DNA of 63,144 bases, counting the filler, from Octopus bimaculoides (lineage: Eukaryota): assembly GCF_001194135.2 (NCBI RefSeq). It is 6 parts of 6 records of this genome, joined end to end, with 100 filler letters (N's around TTAATTAATTAA, not from the genome) between each part and the next. Parts side by side here need not be neighbours in the genome. Positions count along the whole stretch, not along the records: positions 16,348 to 28,606 come from NC_068989.1; positions 28,707 to 34,055 come from NC_069007.1; positions 34,156 to 57,708 come from NC_068990.1; 3 more parts are not named here. One strand, given 5' to 3'. The notes under the pieces were generated by a model, which was not told the origin of the DNA, did no database searches, and saw nothing but the letters and a program-made list of their open reading frames with translations. Below are positions 26,601-38,809 of this stretch, piece by piece. The position numbers and the translations under genes were made by a program. Within the stretch, counting starts at the first letter, position 1, and each line of letters begins with the position of its first letter.

Positions 26601-27689
26601 GTATTCTTTTATTCTTTTACTTGTTTCAGTCGAACTCTCATTCAGACCCCAATGGCCGAAGACTTGCCACACGCTCGATACTCGGAGTACCAAGATATCT
26701 GAATCAAACTGCTTTGATCTCTTTCCTCCCCCTCTCTCTCTCTACNNNNNNNNNNNNNNNNNNNNNNNNNNNNTATATATAGCCAAGAGAGGTGTATATC
26801 GCAGGCTCCTCTTCAAGCCGAGAGTATAACTACTATATATAGTCTCTCCAGACATCTCTCTAGGATATATCCTTCTCTTCTTGAGAAGTTTACCCCCGTA
26901 ATTTTCTAACGATTTCATTTCTTTGAAGAGTAATGTTTGACTTTTAAATTTCTTGTAAATTATTTCCCTTCCTGCTGCTTCACGTCTTCTGACGGAATTT
27001 GTCACTTGACAGCTTTTAGCACCCGTTCGAGGTAGATGAATATATATATTAGCATGTTTACTATCTTCACTCATTACTTCCATTTTTGTTTAAGACTGTT
27101 GGAAAGAAGTGTTGCTATTTATTAGCATATATTTGATAATTATCTCTCTGAAACTGATAGTTTTTTTTATTAAATTAACGAAGTATGTTACTGTTTCGGA
27201 ATTCCACTTGAGAATCTATGTATTATTTAGAACTTGTTTACTACTTTAGGGTAACATTTATCTGTTTTAGAGATGGACTAACAACAGATATTTATTTGCG
27301 ATAATAATGTTTAATTTCTCTGTTGTAATTATTCATCCGTCATATCGTTGGTATAGTCAACAACAACTCAGTAATTATTGTCGATAAAAACTAGACAAAA
27401 TCTCGTCGGAATTTTAGCAGAGGCTTTAAAACAATTCGGGAACAACATATTCTAAATGATGTTTAGTCCTGGAGCGTAACATTTGGCCTACCCTGTGTAT
27501 TATGCCAACTTGTCTTTATCTGCATCAGTATCTCCATATTGGATCGCCTTGAATTTCTCTAATAGCCACACCTGTTACCGTTACCATAGTGACCCGTAAA
27601 GAATTTGGTGTTATAGTTGAAATTATTCCTTTGGGCACTCTAGCACATGTTTTCTATACTGAGCATATCTAGCACTCACCTATAGTCCG

Positions 27690-27741
<52 letters not shown>

Positions 27742-28100
27742 CAGGTTTCTACATATTGATGTACCTGTGTGCAAGAATGTTAACGTCATTGCGTAAGTGG
27801 TAATGTATTTATCTAGTAGTGCATTTACGTTTGTGTAAATAAACGTGTGGGTACACACACACACACACNNNNNNNNNNNNNNNNNNNNNNNNNNNNNNNN
27901 NNNNNNNNNNNNNNNNNNNNNNNNNNNNNNNNNNNNNNNNNNNNNNNNNNNNNNNNNNNNNNNNNNNNNNNNNNNNNNNNNNNNNNNNNNNNNNNNNNNN
28001 NNNNNNNNNNNNNNNNNNNNNNNNNNNNNNNNNNNNNNNNNNNNNNNNNNNNNNNNNNNNNNNNNNNNNNNNNNNNNNNNNNNNNNNNNNNNNNNNNNNN

Positions 28101-28134
<34 letters not shown>

Positions 28135-28189
28135 TAAACGCATGTCTGTGTAAGTTTTTATGAATGCACAATTAAATATCTGATATATG

Positions 28190-28240
<51 letters not shown>

Positions 28241-28772
28241 AAATATATGTACATATGTGTGTGTCTGTGTGCGAGCGTGTGTGAGTGCGAATGTGTCTCT
28301 GTGTATGTATATGTTTGTATATATCCCCTCATATATACAAAGAGAACGAGCCAAAGTTGGAGAGAAAGCACGATATTCCATTAACGCTATGAGTTCGGAA
28401 GTTTCTCCATCATCATCATCGTCGTCCTCTACACGAATATTTACACATGCAAAGCCCATTCTAAGCCTATTTTCTATTTTTCCCAAGTGTCTTCTCTTTA
28501 ATTTGACAGTTAATTGCATCTAATGAAAAGGAAATGTTACAAGCAAAACTCTAAGTGGATGGTGAAAGAGTTTTTTTGTTTTATCTTAAAATTTCTTTTC
28601 ATTTGTNNNNNNNNNNNNNNNNNNNNNNNNNNNNNNNNNNNNNNNNNNNNTTAATTAATTAANNNNNNNNNNNNNNNNNNNNNNNNNNNNNNNNNNNNNN
28701 NNNNNNTAATATATACTTTTGTTATTTACACCACCTGTCCTCGTCTGTTGTTATTTTTTGTATATTCCCCCC

Positions 28773-28815
<43 letters not shown>

Positions 28816-28942
28816 ACGAGGATCACCTCATAGTTGGAACACATTTCAACCAAAAGGTGCATAATCAGGTCTAATAGAGTTTTGCAACAACAACAACGAC
28901 AACAGCCAAGCAATAATGAAAATTATTTGATGTCAGACTTAC

Positions 28943-29783
28943 CTTTACAAGATCCAGATTCAATTTCCCTCACGATAAAATCAATCTCATTATAATCTTT
29001 CAAGTTGATGAAATGTGTACAACTGGGTTCACTTGCTGCCGCAGTTAACTCAGACACTCTTGGATTGACAACACCAATCGTAAATATAGTGACGCCATCA
29101 TCTTTCAGTTCTTGAGCTGCCGCTACTGTTTTATTTTCATTATTTGACTGTCCATCAGTTACCAAAACTAAAACTTTGGAAGCAGCAGATTTTCTTGTTG
29201 TATTTGTAAAGACACTGGTACGTGCTTTGTCAAGAGCAGTGTCCGTAGCAGTACCACCACCATCGTAAGATANNNNNNNNNNAGTTGATGAAATGTGTAC
29301 AACTGGGTTCACTTGCTGCCGCAGTTAACTCAGACACTCTTGGATTGACAACTCCAATTGTAAATATAGTGACGCCATCCTTTTTCAGTTTTTGAGCTGC
29401 CGCTACTGTTTTATTTTCACTATTTGATTTTCCATCAGTCACCAAAACTAAAACTTTTGCAGCAGCAGATTTTCTTGTTGTATTTGTAAAGACACTGGTA
29501 CGTGCTTTGTCAAGAGCAGTGTCCGTAGCAGTACCACCACCATCGTAAGATATAGCGTTAATAGCATTTTTTACTGCAGTTTTCGTACTGTGAGTGTCTA
29601 AGTCAAACATTACGATAGGACTGCTTGAAAATCTAACCACTGCTACACGTGTCTCATCTTGGCTAATGTCTAGACTATCCACAACATTAACCAAGAATGT
29701 TTTTGTCTTCACAAAGTTGGTTGATCCAACGCTTCCTGACGAGTCAATAACGAAAACAAGGTCGATCTGGGCACTGGCGCACT
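28943..29783 (-). CDS. VWA-domain exon of a matrilin/collagen-VI-like extracellular protein; contains a 280-bp duplicated segment across a 10-N gap
   Basis: Acceptor ttttcAG at 29785-29784 and donor G|GTAAGT at 28942. Translation contains the MIDAS motif DLVFVIDSSGS, GGTATDTAL and VLVLVTDG. Removing one 280-bp copy leaves 561 nt = 187 codons, a symmetric phase 1-1 exon. Confidence 0.9.
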
Positions 29784-30254
29784 CTGAAAAGATATTTAAA
29801 ACAGACACATGCTTATAAGTCAGTTAATATTAAATTCTTGTCAAGTTGATGTATTTGCTAAATGTTTATCATAACACACCGTAAGAGAGGTGTGGTGACA
29901 GCTTTAGAATTTCACTCACAATTGTGCATGAAATCTATGCCAGACTTAAAACAATCTAAACACATTTATATATACACACAAATTGTAGAAAAAATGCAAC
30001 ACAGTGATATTTGAGTTCAATTCCTGCCAACGTAGCTAACCATTTTACGGTGTGAAAAAATGAAAATACCAAAGAAGACAAAACTATAGCTACTTCTCAA
30101 TCTGTATAGTAGCCATTTTGGCGACACTTTAATCCGTCGTTAAACATGATTTCTGTTATTAACGGTTGGAAGGATAAATAACATTTCCTATACAATACGT
30201 AACAAATTCCTTCAAAGTATATTCTACATAAGTATAAATGTAAGAAGTAGTGTG

Positions 30255-30570
30255 AAAGTGACAATCACCGTGGCATATCGCTGCTCTCATATGCAGGAAA
30301 AATCCTTTCTAGAATCTTCTTAAATTTAGTCAGTTTTGTCTAGCAGAAAGTCAGTGTGTGTTTAAATCAGGTCGAAGCACAGTGAATATGATATTCAGTA
30401 CAGGAGACAAGTACAGGAGAAGGCCCGGGAGCACAATAAAGGGCTCTATGTAGTATTTCTTGAACTTACAAAAGCCCTTGGCTTCGTGGAAAGTATTAGC
30501 AAAGCCAGGGCTTCCCGAGCAAATGCTAAATGTCATTGCGTCCCAACATAAAGACATGAAGGCATAGTGT
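30255..30570 (+). mobile_element. RTE-clade LINE RT fragment inside the VWA gene intron
   Basis: Translates, with frameshifts, to DNHRGISLLSYAGKILSRILL...AESQCVFKSGRSTVNMIFS...QVQEKAREHNKGLYVVFLELTKA. Confidence 0.85.
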
Positions 30571-30627
30571 TCAGGTTCTCACTTGACAAATATCTAGCAT
30601 AAAATTCTAAACAACGATTCTACTTAC

Positions 30628-30916
30628 CATTCTTCTGTTCTAATTTATTCGCAGAATCTACGAAGTTATTTTCAAAGCCATTTGGGTTGATATACTGGAC
30701 CCAGTAAGATGCTTGCAGGTTTTTGCTAAGTGGGATTAGCTTGTCTAAGGTTAAGATAAACAAGCTCATTATCAATCCAGAATGTAGGGGCTTCTGTAGG
30801 TCGGACATTGTTAGGTTCCGTACATCAATATTGAACTTAATTTTGACTTTACTACAATTCATTTTCAGCCTACCATAGCAAGCGTTTTGGACCGTTGTCA
30901 ATTGGGTGTTATTTAC
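30628..30916 (-). CDS. Probable upstream coding exon (289 nt) of the VWA gene
   Basis: Acceptor ttttatttctgcAG and donor G|GTAAGT. Only phase 0 is open (VNNTQLTTVQNAC...SANKLEQKN), and it ends in phase 1, matching the phase-1 start of the VWA exon (G+AG=E, then CASAQID). Confidence 0.65.
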
Positions 30917-30999
30917 CTGCAGAAATAAAAGCCATAAGATTCCATTAGTCAAAGAGAGACGGGTTTAGATAATCTAGTCACTAGACTAGCTAGAAATAT

Positions 31000-33010
31000 G
31001 GAGCAAATTTTATTCAATTATCCCCCAAAAGGAACTAAATACAAATCATAAACATGAACAAAGAAATGATCTTAAAGAAATTAACACCATCCATTGTAAG
31101 CACATTGCTGATCTAAATTTACTAAATAGAGCAGAACCATATACACCTAAAAGACCCCCACTTCACCCTGAAGGACTCCAACCCAACTTCTACTCTAAGC
31201 TTTCCATTAGACTCATCTACCCCGCTAAATCAGACTTTGGTCGAATTAGTAAATGCATTATTGACCATATTCTACTCCTTGTTAGAACTAACGTTACCCT
31301 TCCGCTCTGGGAACTTCACGGGAGACGTCATCACTTGGTTTTACTCTCCTCATGATAAACATTTCTTTCAGTTTAATATTTCAAATTATTATGCATCAAT
31401 ACCACTAATTGTCTTAAATAAAACTTTAAACTTCACCCGAAAATATTCTCCCATCTCCCAATCGTACATCAATATCATCCTGGCTGCGAGGAAGACTCTA
31501 ATTCAGTTTAAGGATAATAATTGGACCCGCAACTCATATACGGATTTCCTTGATATAACCATGGGCGCATCTGACTCAGCCCAGGTTACTGACCTTGTTG
31601 TCCTATTCGTTCTCTCCCAAATTAAGCAATACATTCCCAACCTATCCGATAGATACAGGGATGATGCATTCCTTTCAGTAACTGGATTATCTCGACCGTC
31701 AGTGTAACGCACCAAGAAAACCCTACACAACTTTTTTAAAAGCTATAACCTAAGTATTTCATTCGAAATTGACGCTAAGGTAGCCAATTTCTAAGATGTT
31801 ACTCTCGACGTAAACACAAATCTATACCACCCTTTCCATAAACCCAACCTATTCTTAACAATATATAGCGTAGTCACAGGCGTATCTATCATTATCTCTA
31901 ACTTATCTGCTAACGAAGAATTTTTAGCACTCACGCCGCTTATTAAATTAGGCACTCCAAATAAGCGGCGACCGTGAAAAATCGATTATATCCCCAACAC
32001 TAAGCTTAAAACTAAAATAGCACAACTCTTTCCTAATACTAACCCTGAATCAATGGACACTACTTCCACTCTGCACCAATCCAACAACTACCCTCTCCCA
32101 ATAAAACCTACAGAACGCACTCGACGGCACCACTGGCGACCCTGAACCTATAACAGCAATAATCCCCCCACCCCTGATCAACCCACTACAACCACACACT
32201 CTAAACATTATAAGGCCAGGAAGCAGTAAATCTTATAGTTCGCACCACCTTTCTCTCTCCGAGTTAAATCTCTACCTAATCTCTTGTTTAAAATCCTAAA
32301 ATCTAACTTTATACCACAGCATAAATACTATCCCATCTTTAACAAGTCATCAGTCAAAATCTCCTACTCCACCACACCTAATTTAAGATCCATAATCACC
32401 TCCTCGAACAAATGCAAACTTCAACACTAGTCCTTTAAACACCTAAACTCTCACACTCCACCCCAAGTTAGCCCACATACTTGCAATAACCTAACCCTTG
32501 CTAAACCACCCCACTCAATTAAATAATGCTAGACTCAAGCCATCATTCCTCAATCCTACCTACGTTTCAACGAATCCTGGCTGCAATACCACCTCCCAAT
32601 CCAATACAAATACAGATTACACTTAAGGTTCTTCCCCACCAACAATGAACCAACCGAACTCAACGTAACTTGTAGTAAACCCCAACCACAGAGCAGGTAG
32701 AGGAAACTTCCAACTGTCACGTATCTCAATCATGCCCTCTTGGGGGCTCCTGTCTACGCAAAAATGTAATCTACAAGTTCCATGTTATAACACTACGCTC
32801 CCACCAAGCAAAGCACTGTAGATTTCAAGCGCCGCTACCGTGCATATATGAACCCTATCACCAATCCAAATTCCAAATTATCAACCTCCTTAGCAACGCA
32901 TGTCTCAAAATATTCCATGCACCCTATTCTAGTCCATAGTTAGAGAAGCTGATCCATGCAATGCACACATCAGCAAGTGTAAGTTATATCTAAAAGAATC
33001 ATTAAGCCGA
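31000..33010 (+). mobile_element. Decayed Penelope-like retroelement (RT + GIY-YIG endonuclease)
   Basis: RT motifs HFTLKDS..RLIYPAKSDFGRISK, DVITWF, FFQFNISNYYASI, TMGASDSAQVTDLV and YRDD. The 3' part reads KNVIYK...FKRRYRAY..STSLATHV..SKCKLYLKE. Many stops and frameshifts. Confidence 0.85.
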
Positions 33011-33109
33011 CTTTTTTTTATTATGTATACATATGTATAGCATGACAAGCTTTGGCAATTGGGACTGCCTCAAAAAAGTTCAAATTTTCTTCTCTTCAAT
33101 GCCACCATG

Positions 33110-33425
33110 AGCGCTATATTATTTTTAAGATGTGGGGAATATTCCATCGACAATCTCCAAACGATGCCGGGATCTAGTTCACATATCACCTTAGATTCCC
33201 ATTAGAACCATAGACCCTCTACAAGAATCGATCTCTCATCACATAACAACATTGTGACACAATTTTGCTTTTACCTCAACTGGTCCTGCTTTACTCAACA
33301 TTAACTCGAAAGTGATCTACGAAAAAGACCTCATAACTTTGAAAAGGCACCTGGACAAATTCCTCGAAGAAATACTAGACAAACCACCCATACATGGGTA
33401 TATCTTGGTAAACAAAGACATTTTT
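33110..33425 (+). mobile_element. CR1-like LINE 3' coding end
   Basis: Translates to LKRHLDKFLEEILDKPPIHGYILVNKD. Confidence 0.6.
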
Positions 33426-33429
33426 AAAG

Positions 33430-33738
33430 CATAGACATTCCACAATTGCATTCGCACCCAGTTACATTCATCTGGTTAGTAGTTTAATGAATTTTTTTCG
33501 AAGGTTCAGCCACTTTTTGAAGCGAACTGTAAACAATTTTTGTGGTGGCATCAGGTTTCCAAATGCTCTTCTTTCCAATCTGTAACTATAGTGTCCTACC
33601 AAATATTATCCTAGCTAAACTTACATAACCTTAGTTCACTTCAAACCACGTCAATGGGAGGACATTGAAAAAAGTTGCATAGACCATTAACAAGCTGGAT
33701 GTAATTGGGTGCAAATGCAATTCCGAGATGTCTATGCA
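33430..33738. mobile_element. Degenerate MITE with about 50-bp inverted termini
   Basis: GCATAGACATTCCACAATTGCATTCGCACCCAGTTACAT (33430-) pairs with ATGTAATTGGGTGCAAATGCAATTCCGAGATGTCTATGC (-33738). Confidence 0.55.
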
Positions 33739-34155
33739 TCAGAAACGTTGCTGTATAATTAAACGTAAGAAATTAAAAAAAAAAATGAAGATGTATTAAT
33801 CTCCGTATTCTTGTAATTGTGTTGGATATACACTCGGTAAACTATTCATAATCTAGCGAAGCGAATCAGAAATTTACCCATCGGATGAAATACATTGTGA
33901 TTGCTTACCTTGAATGATATTAGATATTTTTTACCAGTCAATGCGTTTAAACATCACTTGCAATTATAACTGAGTGATCGAATGGTACCCTCCTGGATAT
34001 ATCATCACTATTTATTTATTATGATTATTATGTATGTATGTATATATATATATATNNNNNNNNNNNNNNNNNNNNNNNNNNNNNNNNNNNNNNNNNNNNT
34101 TAATTAATTAANNNNNNNNNNNNNNNNNNNNNNNNNNNNNNNNNNNNNNNNNNNN

Positions 34156-34474
34156 TGGCCGTTGCCAGTACCGCCTGACTGGCTCCTGTAGGATTTTCGA
34201 GCAAGATCGTTGCCAGTGCCCCTGGACTGGCTTGTGCGGGTGGCACATAAAAGACACCATTTCGAGCGTGGCCGTTTTCGTGCGGGTGACACGTAAAAGC
34301 ACCCACTACACTCTCTGAGTGGTTGGCGTTAGGAAGGGCATCCAGCTGTAGAAACTCTGCCAAATCAGACTGGAGCCTGGTGTTGCCATCCGGTTTCACC
34401 AGTCCTCAGTCAAATCGTCCAACCCATGCTAGCATGGAAAGCGGACGTTAAACGATGATGATGATGATGATGAT
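34156..34474 (+). mobile_element. Young RTE-type 3' end repeat ending in (GAT)n
   Basis: Appears identical, as reverse complement, to 57478-57708. Related copies at 54596-54885, 38291-38316 and 41700-42105. Confidence 0.8.
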
Positions 34475-34582
34475 AGGTATGTGTATTTGAGAAGAAATAT
34501 AACTCTGAAATGGTAATACTATGTTTTGTTTTATTTTGTGTTTTTGTGTCTAATGTAAATTACTCAATGGGAATTTTTTCAG

Positions 34583-34623
34583 CTTGGATCCGTGGCAAGC
34601 GACAAAATCCACCAACAGAAGAG
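34583..34623 (+). CDS. NDUFAF2: NADH dehydrogenase complex I assembly factor 2 (mimitin), internal exon (41 nt)
   Basis: ttttttcAG...GAG|GTAAGA. Translates to (A)WIRGKRQNPPTEE, matching human EAWIRRTRKTPPTMEE. Confidence 0.85.
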
Positions 34624-35344
34624 GTAAGAAAACTTCTTTGAAGTGGTTTTGAGTAACTTAAGCTAAGGTAAGATATTTTCTGATAACTGCAAATTGCTGA
34701 GGTAGTAAGGATCTGGATATTAGTGGTTCGAATTCTGTCAAATAAGCTCTCAAGTTTATTGAATGTAGGAGTCCCAGAGGATCTGGTATGTATTTCTAAC
34801 TTCTAGCTGAAGTGACCAGGTGTAAAATAGTGTCCTCTCTAGAAACATGAAAAAATGCCTGCAGTCCTTGGTAATATTGGGACAGTAGTTTGCAAGTATT
34901 ATCATGTTTCGTTCTTATCAACATTTTAACACCTGCCTTCTCACTTCCTCTGATCATGTTTCTCTCCCACACCTATCATCATCATCATCACCACACCACC
35001 CTTTCTTCCTTTAATGTTTTTCTGCATGTGACAACATATTCAAATGTTACAATTTCAAGGGAAATAACCTCATCTGTATTCAGTGAGGTTAACAATAAAA
35101 TACAGCGACATCCTGATCTAAGCATCGGAATTTTCTGATCTGTTTGTCTGCTCCCCTCTATGTATGCAATGCTACGACTATATGATGAAATTGAAGGTGT
35201 AACCTATTATAAATGCAACATATTATTTATATATTTGTAATACATTTGCCTGTAAAATTAGTATTAATTATATTTCTGATATATTGCTTCTTTTAGAATC
35301 TGCTGCTCAGTGGGGCAGGTAATGTCCTTAATTCACTGGGGCTG

Positions 35345-36060
35345 TAGGTTCAAATCAGACAATGAATGCAGAGAGAGCTATATGTGATGTGTAAGATGTG
35401 TGATGATGCTGTATGGCAGTGAAATATAGACAATGAATGTTAAGGACTATAAAAGTTTGTGTAATATATATGAGGTATGAGAGTGAGGCATGAACAGTGA
35501 AGGTAGAAGGCTTTATGTGCGATATTTATAACTTGTGTGATGGTGTATGGTGGTGATGGATATATATGAGACTACATGTGGTGTGTATAAGATGTATAAT
35601 GTTGTATGGCAGTGAAACACTGACTATATCAGATGTGTATATTAATCTGTGTGTGGCAATTAATATTGTGTGTATGAGATGAGTGATGGTGTATAGCTAT
35701 AAAACATTAACAGTGAACTTAGAGGAAACAGTGAATGTAGAAGTCTATTTGAAGTGCATGAAATTTGTGTAATGGTGTATAATTGTTAAATATGGACAGT
35801 GACATGTGTAAGAGAACTATATGTATTGGGCATAAGATGTGTGACGATGTATGCTAGTGAAACACAGTTAATGTTAAAGACTTTGGCATAAGGAAAATGT
35901 GTGATGGCATTAAGGACAATGTGAGATGTGTGTAGTGAGTTGTATGGCAGGTGAATGTATAGGATTATATGTGGTGCATGTATGTATCATGTTGTATGGC
36001 CATGAAACATGGATAGTAAATGTATTTGACTATATGAAATGTATGCAAAACTTGCAATGC
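35345..36060 (+). repeat. Degenerate intronic minisatellite (about 9-10 units of 55-95 bp) apparently derived from RTE RT coding sequence
   Basis: Core TGTATGGCAGTGAAA at 35410 and 35603 with variants at 35848, 35941 and 35993. The last unit translates to MLYGHETWIVNVFD. Confidence 0.7.
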
Positions 36061-36242
36061 TTTATAGTGGATAGTAAATATTAAGACTCTCCAGTTAGTG
36101 AACTGGAGGGAATCATGAATAGTCTGCTTGATGTGCATGGTAAATTTAAAAGAAAGTTTGAGTGTAAATGGATTGAGAAGATTCCAAATGTAACAGTTCT
36201 TTGATTTCTTTAAATTTGAATGTGATTATTTGTTTGTTCTAG

Positions 36243-36314
36243 GAAATTCAAAGAAACTATGCAAAAATGATGAGAACTATTCAGCGAGCTAAGGAATTAG
36301 ATCAAAAATATGCA
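36243..36314 (+). CDS. NDUFAF2: NDUFAF2 internal exon (72 nt, phase 0-0)
   Basis: tgttctAG...GCA|GTTAGT. Translates to EIQRNYAKMMRTIQRAKELDQKYA, continuing PPTEE-EI as in human PPTMEEILKN. Confidence 0.85.
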
Positions 36315-36866
36315 GTTAGTATGATTTCTCCTTTCATATTGATGTTTTTATTTGTTGAAAGTAATTTTGTCATAAAAATGTTCCTTTCAATAAAACTTTA
36401 TATAATATATACATAATTTAGGACAATAGTTTAAAAACACAATAAACCAGAAGAATTTGGAGTTAAAAAGGAATAAGAAACAAATAAAAAATGTCTAAAT
36501 ACCTTCTTTGTTTCTTTATGAATTTTCCAGTACAATTACAAACTTCCTAGTGTACGTATGTTACTGTTGTTCAAACATAGTTACTAGTACACCTGCCTAG
36601 TTATTAGTGACTAGATATGTTGACACTAGTGATCAGGTAGGTGCACTAGTACAGTAATACTTAGGTGCAGCAGTACCTGGGCACTGCTACAGTTACCTAG
36701 CCACTAGTGTACTTATCTGGTATGTACTATTCCTATCTACTTATCTTGTTCAAAATGTTCCCTATTTTTAAAATCATTCCACTTGTTGTTTTCTGGTTTG
36801 TTGTAATAATTAATATACTTTCTGAAGATGTGTGACAATTCTCAAAGTAATCTATTCGATTTTCAG

Positions 36867-36912
36867 AGTGCATCACCCAAATCTGAGGAAAAAGTTTTAT
36901 CTCAGACACCAA
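36867..36912 (+). CDS. NDUFAF2: NDUFAF2 internal exon (46 nt, phase 0-1)
   Basis: ttttcAG...A|GTAAGT. Translates to SASPKSEEKVLSQTP and is frame-compatible with both neighbours. Confidence 0.8.
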
Positions 36913-36969
36913 GTAAGTAATTTATAGAAAGAAAACTCTTTTATTATTCTTTTGTTAGTGGTTGGGGTC

Positions 36970-37360
36970 AGGGTCCCCAAGAATCTATAGCTGTCTTACT
37001 CTTGGCAGCATCAGGGATCTTGTAGCATGAATGTCTGAGACAATATCTACAGATATCTTAGCCACAGCAGCCTCAGGGGCCATATAGTCTGAAGATCTGA
37101 GATAATGTCAACAGTTGTCTTACTCATAGCATCATTAAGATCCATGTAGTATGGTCTGTAATCATCTACATTTATTGTTCCCTTGGCAGAGTCAAGGATC
37201 CTATAGTATAACAGCCTGAGACAATGTCTATAGCCATCTTGCCTATGGTAAGGTCAGGGTTGATTAGTAACAAGGTCTGTGTCAATGTTTAAAACTACGT
37301 AATTCTTGTCAGGGTCGGGGGCCATGCAGTATGTAAGTCTGAGACAACATCTATTGCTTT
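36970..37360. repeat. Degenerate intronic minisatellite, about 61-bp unit, about 6 copies
   Basis: CTGAGACAAT-like core at about 37035, 37097, 37156, 37216, 37277 and 37339 (spacing 59-62 bp). Confidence 0.75.
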
Positions 37361-37959
37361 CATATATTTGGGATATACAGATTTTTAAAATCATTTATGT
37401 GGCATGTATTTAAATAGCAAAGCAATTGCAGGTATATTAAAAAAAACAGCCATATCCGGCTAAAATATTTAGCCTTGTTTTATTTTCAAACTGGCCAAAT
37501 CTGGTCTCTCAGACTTCCCAACAATGTTATTCTAAAAATAAACAATCATTGAAATATCAAAGCTATATGGTAATGCATGACCAATTCAAATGAATGTGAA
37601 TAAATAAGCATTACATCTGATAGAGAAATCTGAATGCTAAAAGGTTAAATAACATACAAGATAAATTTTTGATTTTATTGAAATTATTTTCTCACACACA
37701 CACACACACACACATGCATGTATGCATACACACACAAATAGAAAGAGAGAAGGTATGAATGAATGTTGAATAATTGTTATGATATATAAATATGGATTTG
37801 GGTGATCTGAAATATTATGGTATATTTATATAGAAGTATTTGGACAAATGGATAGATGGTGTTAGAATATGGACAAATGTATGAATTGGTGTATAATGTA
37901 TTGGTATATGAATATTTTCTCTCTTATTGTTGCTCTTTCTCTTTTGTCTTTATTATTAG

Positions 37960-38033
37960 GAAAATTCCCAGAATATCCTGAATATGAAATAATACCTGGC
38001 AAGAAGACAGAAACTGATGGTACAAAGAAGTAA
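37960..38033 (+). CDS. NDUFAF2: NDUFAF2 terminal coding exon
   Basis: Long pyrimidine tract + AG. A+GA=R, then KFPEYPEYEIIPGKKTETDGTKK*. AATAAA at 38032 and near 38107. Confidence 0.8.
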
Positions 38034-38809
38034 TAAAATAAATATTGTTTCTGAATTATTTATTCCTTTCCCAATATTATATTTTAATTTCATTCTTTAA
38101 ATTCATAATAAAGATCTTTGTATTGACCTGAATGAATCTCTCTCGTTAAATTTATTGCTCTCTGCTCTAGTTTGACCGTAGATCTATGGCTGAAACTAGT
38201 AAATGAGTAAAAAAAATCATTAGTGATGATGATGATGCCTCCTTTGCCCTATTCTTCTTCTTCTTCTCCACCACCGCCACTTCCTCCTAGCATGGAAGGC
38301 GGACGTTAAACGATGATAATATATATATTAAAAGTGGTCCGTGGGAAAACTCATTTAAATAAGGGGTCCTTGTTAGTGAAAAGGTTGGAAACCACTGATC
38401 TAATGTGTCTTTTTAAAAAAAGGTAGAGTATAACAAAAGGAAGATTTAGTCTGAAAACAAAACAAAATGAAATGTTCACGTTTGAAACTCTTAACAGAGG
38501 CTAGATCAGTTCGGTTGGAATGCTTTTGAAAGACAGAATGTCCACAGTTGGAACATCTTTTGAAAGACGTATTCGCGTGCTCATATTCTTGTGTGTAAGC
38601 GCAAACAAAAACCCATGCATGCCAAAAAATACGACCAATTCTTTTATCAAATTTGAACGAGTACAAAATCTATGGGAAACTTTAATGTCGATAGCTGTAC
38701 ACGTGTAATACATATCACACAGACATATATAGATATATTGATCGGATTAATCGGGGTTAACAAGATGTGTTTTAACTAGATTTCAAATAAAATGTTTTTC
38801 TTGAAATAG

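Noticed and set aside
33905-34010. Minus-strand donor CAAG|GTAAGC as a further VWA-gene exon
   Set aside because: All frames are closed shortly upstream; at most a UTR exon, and unsupported.
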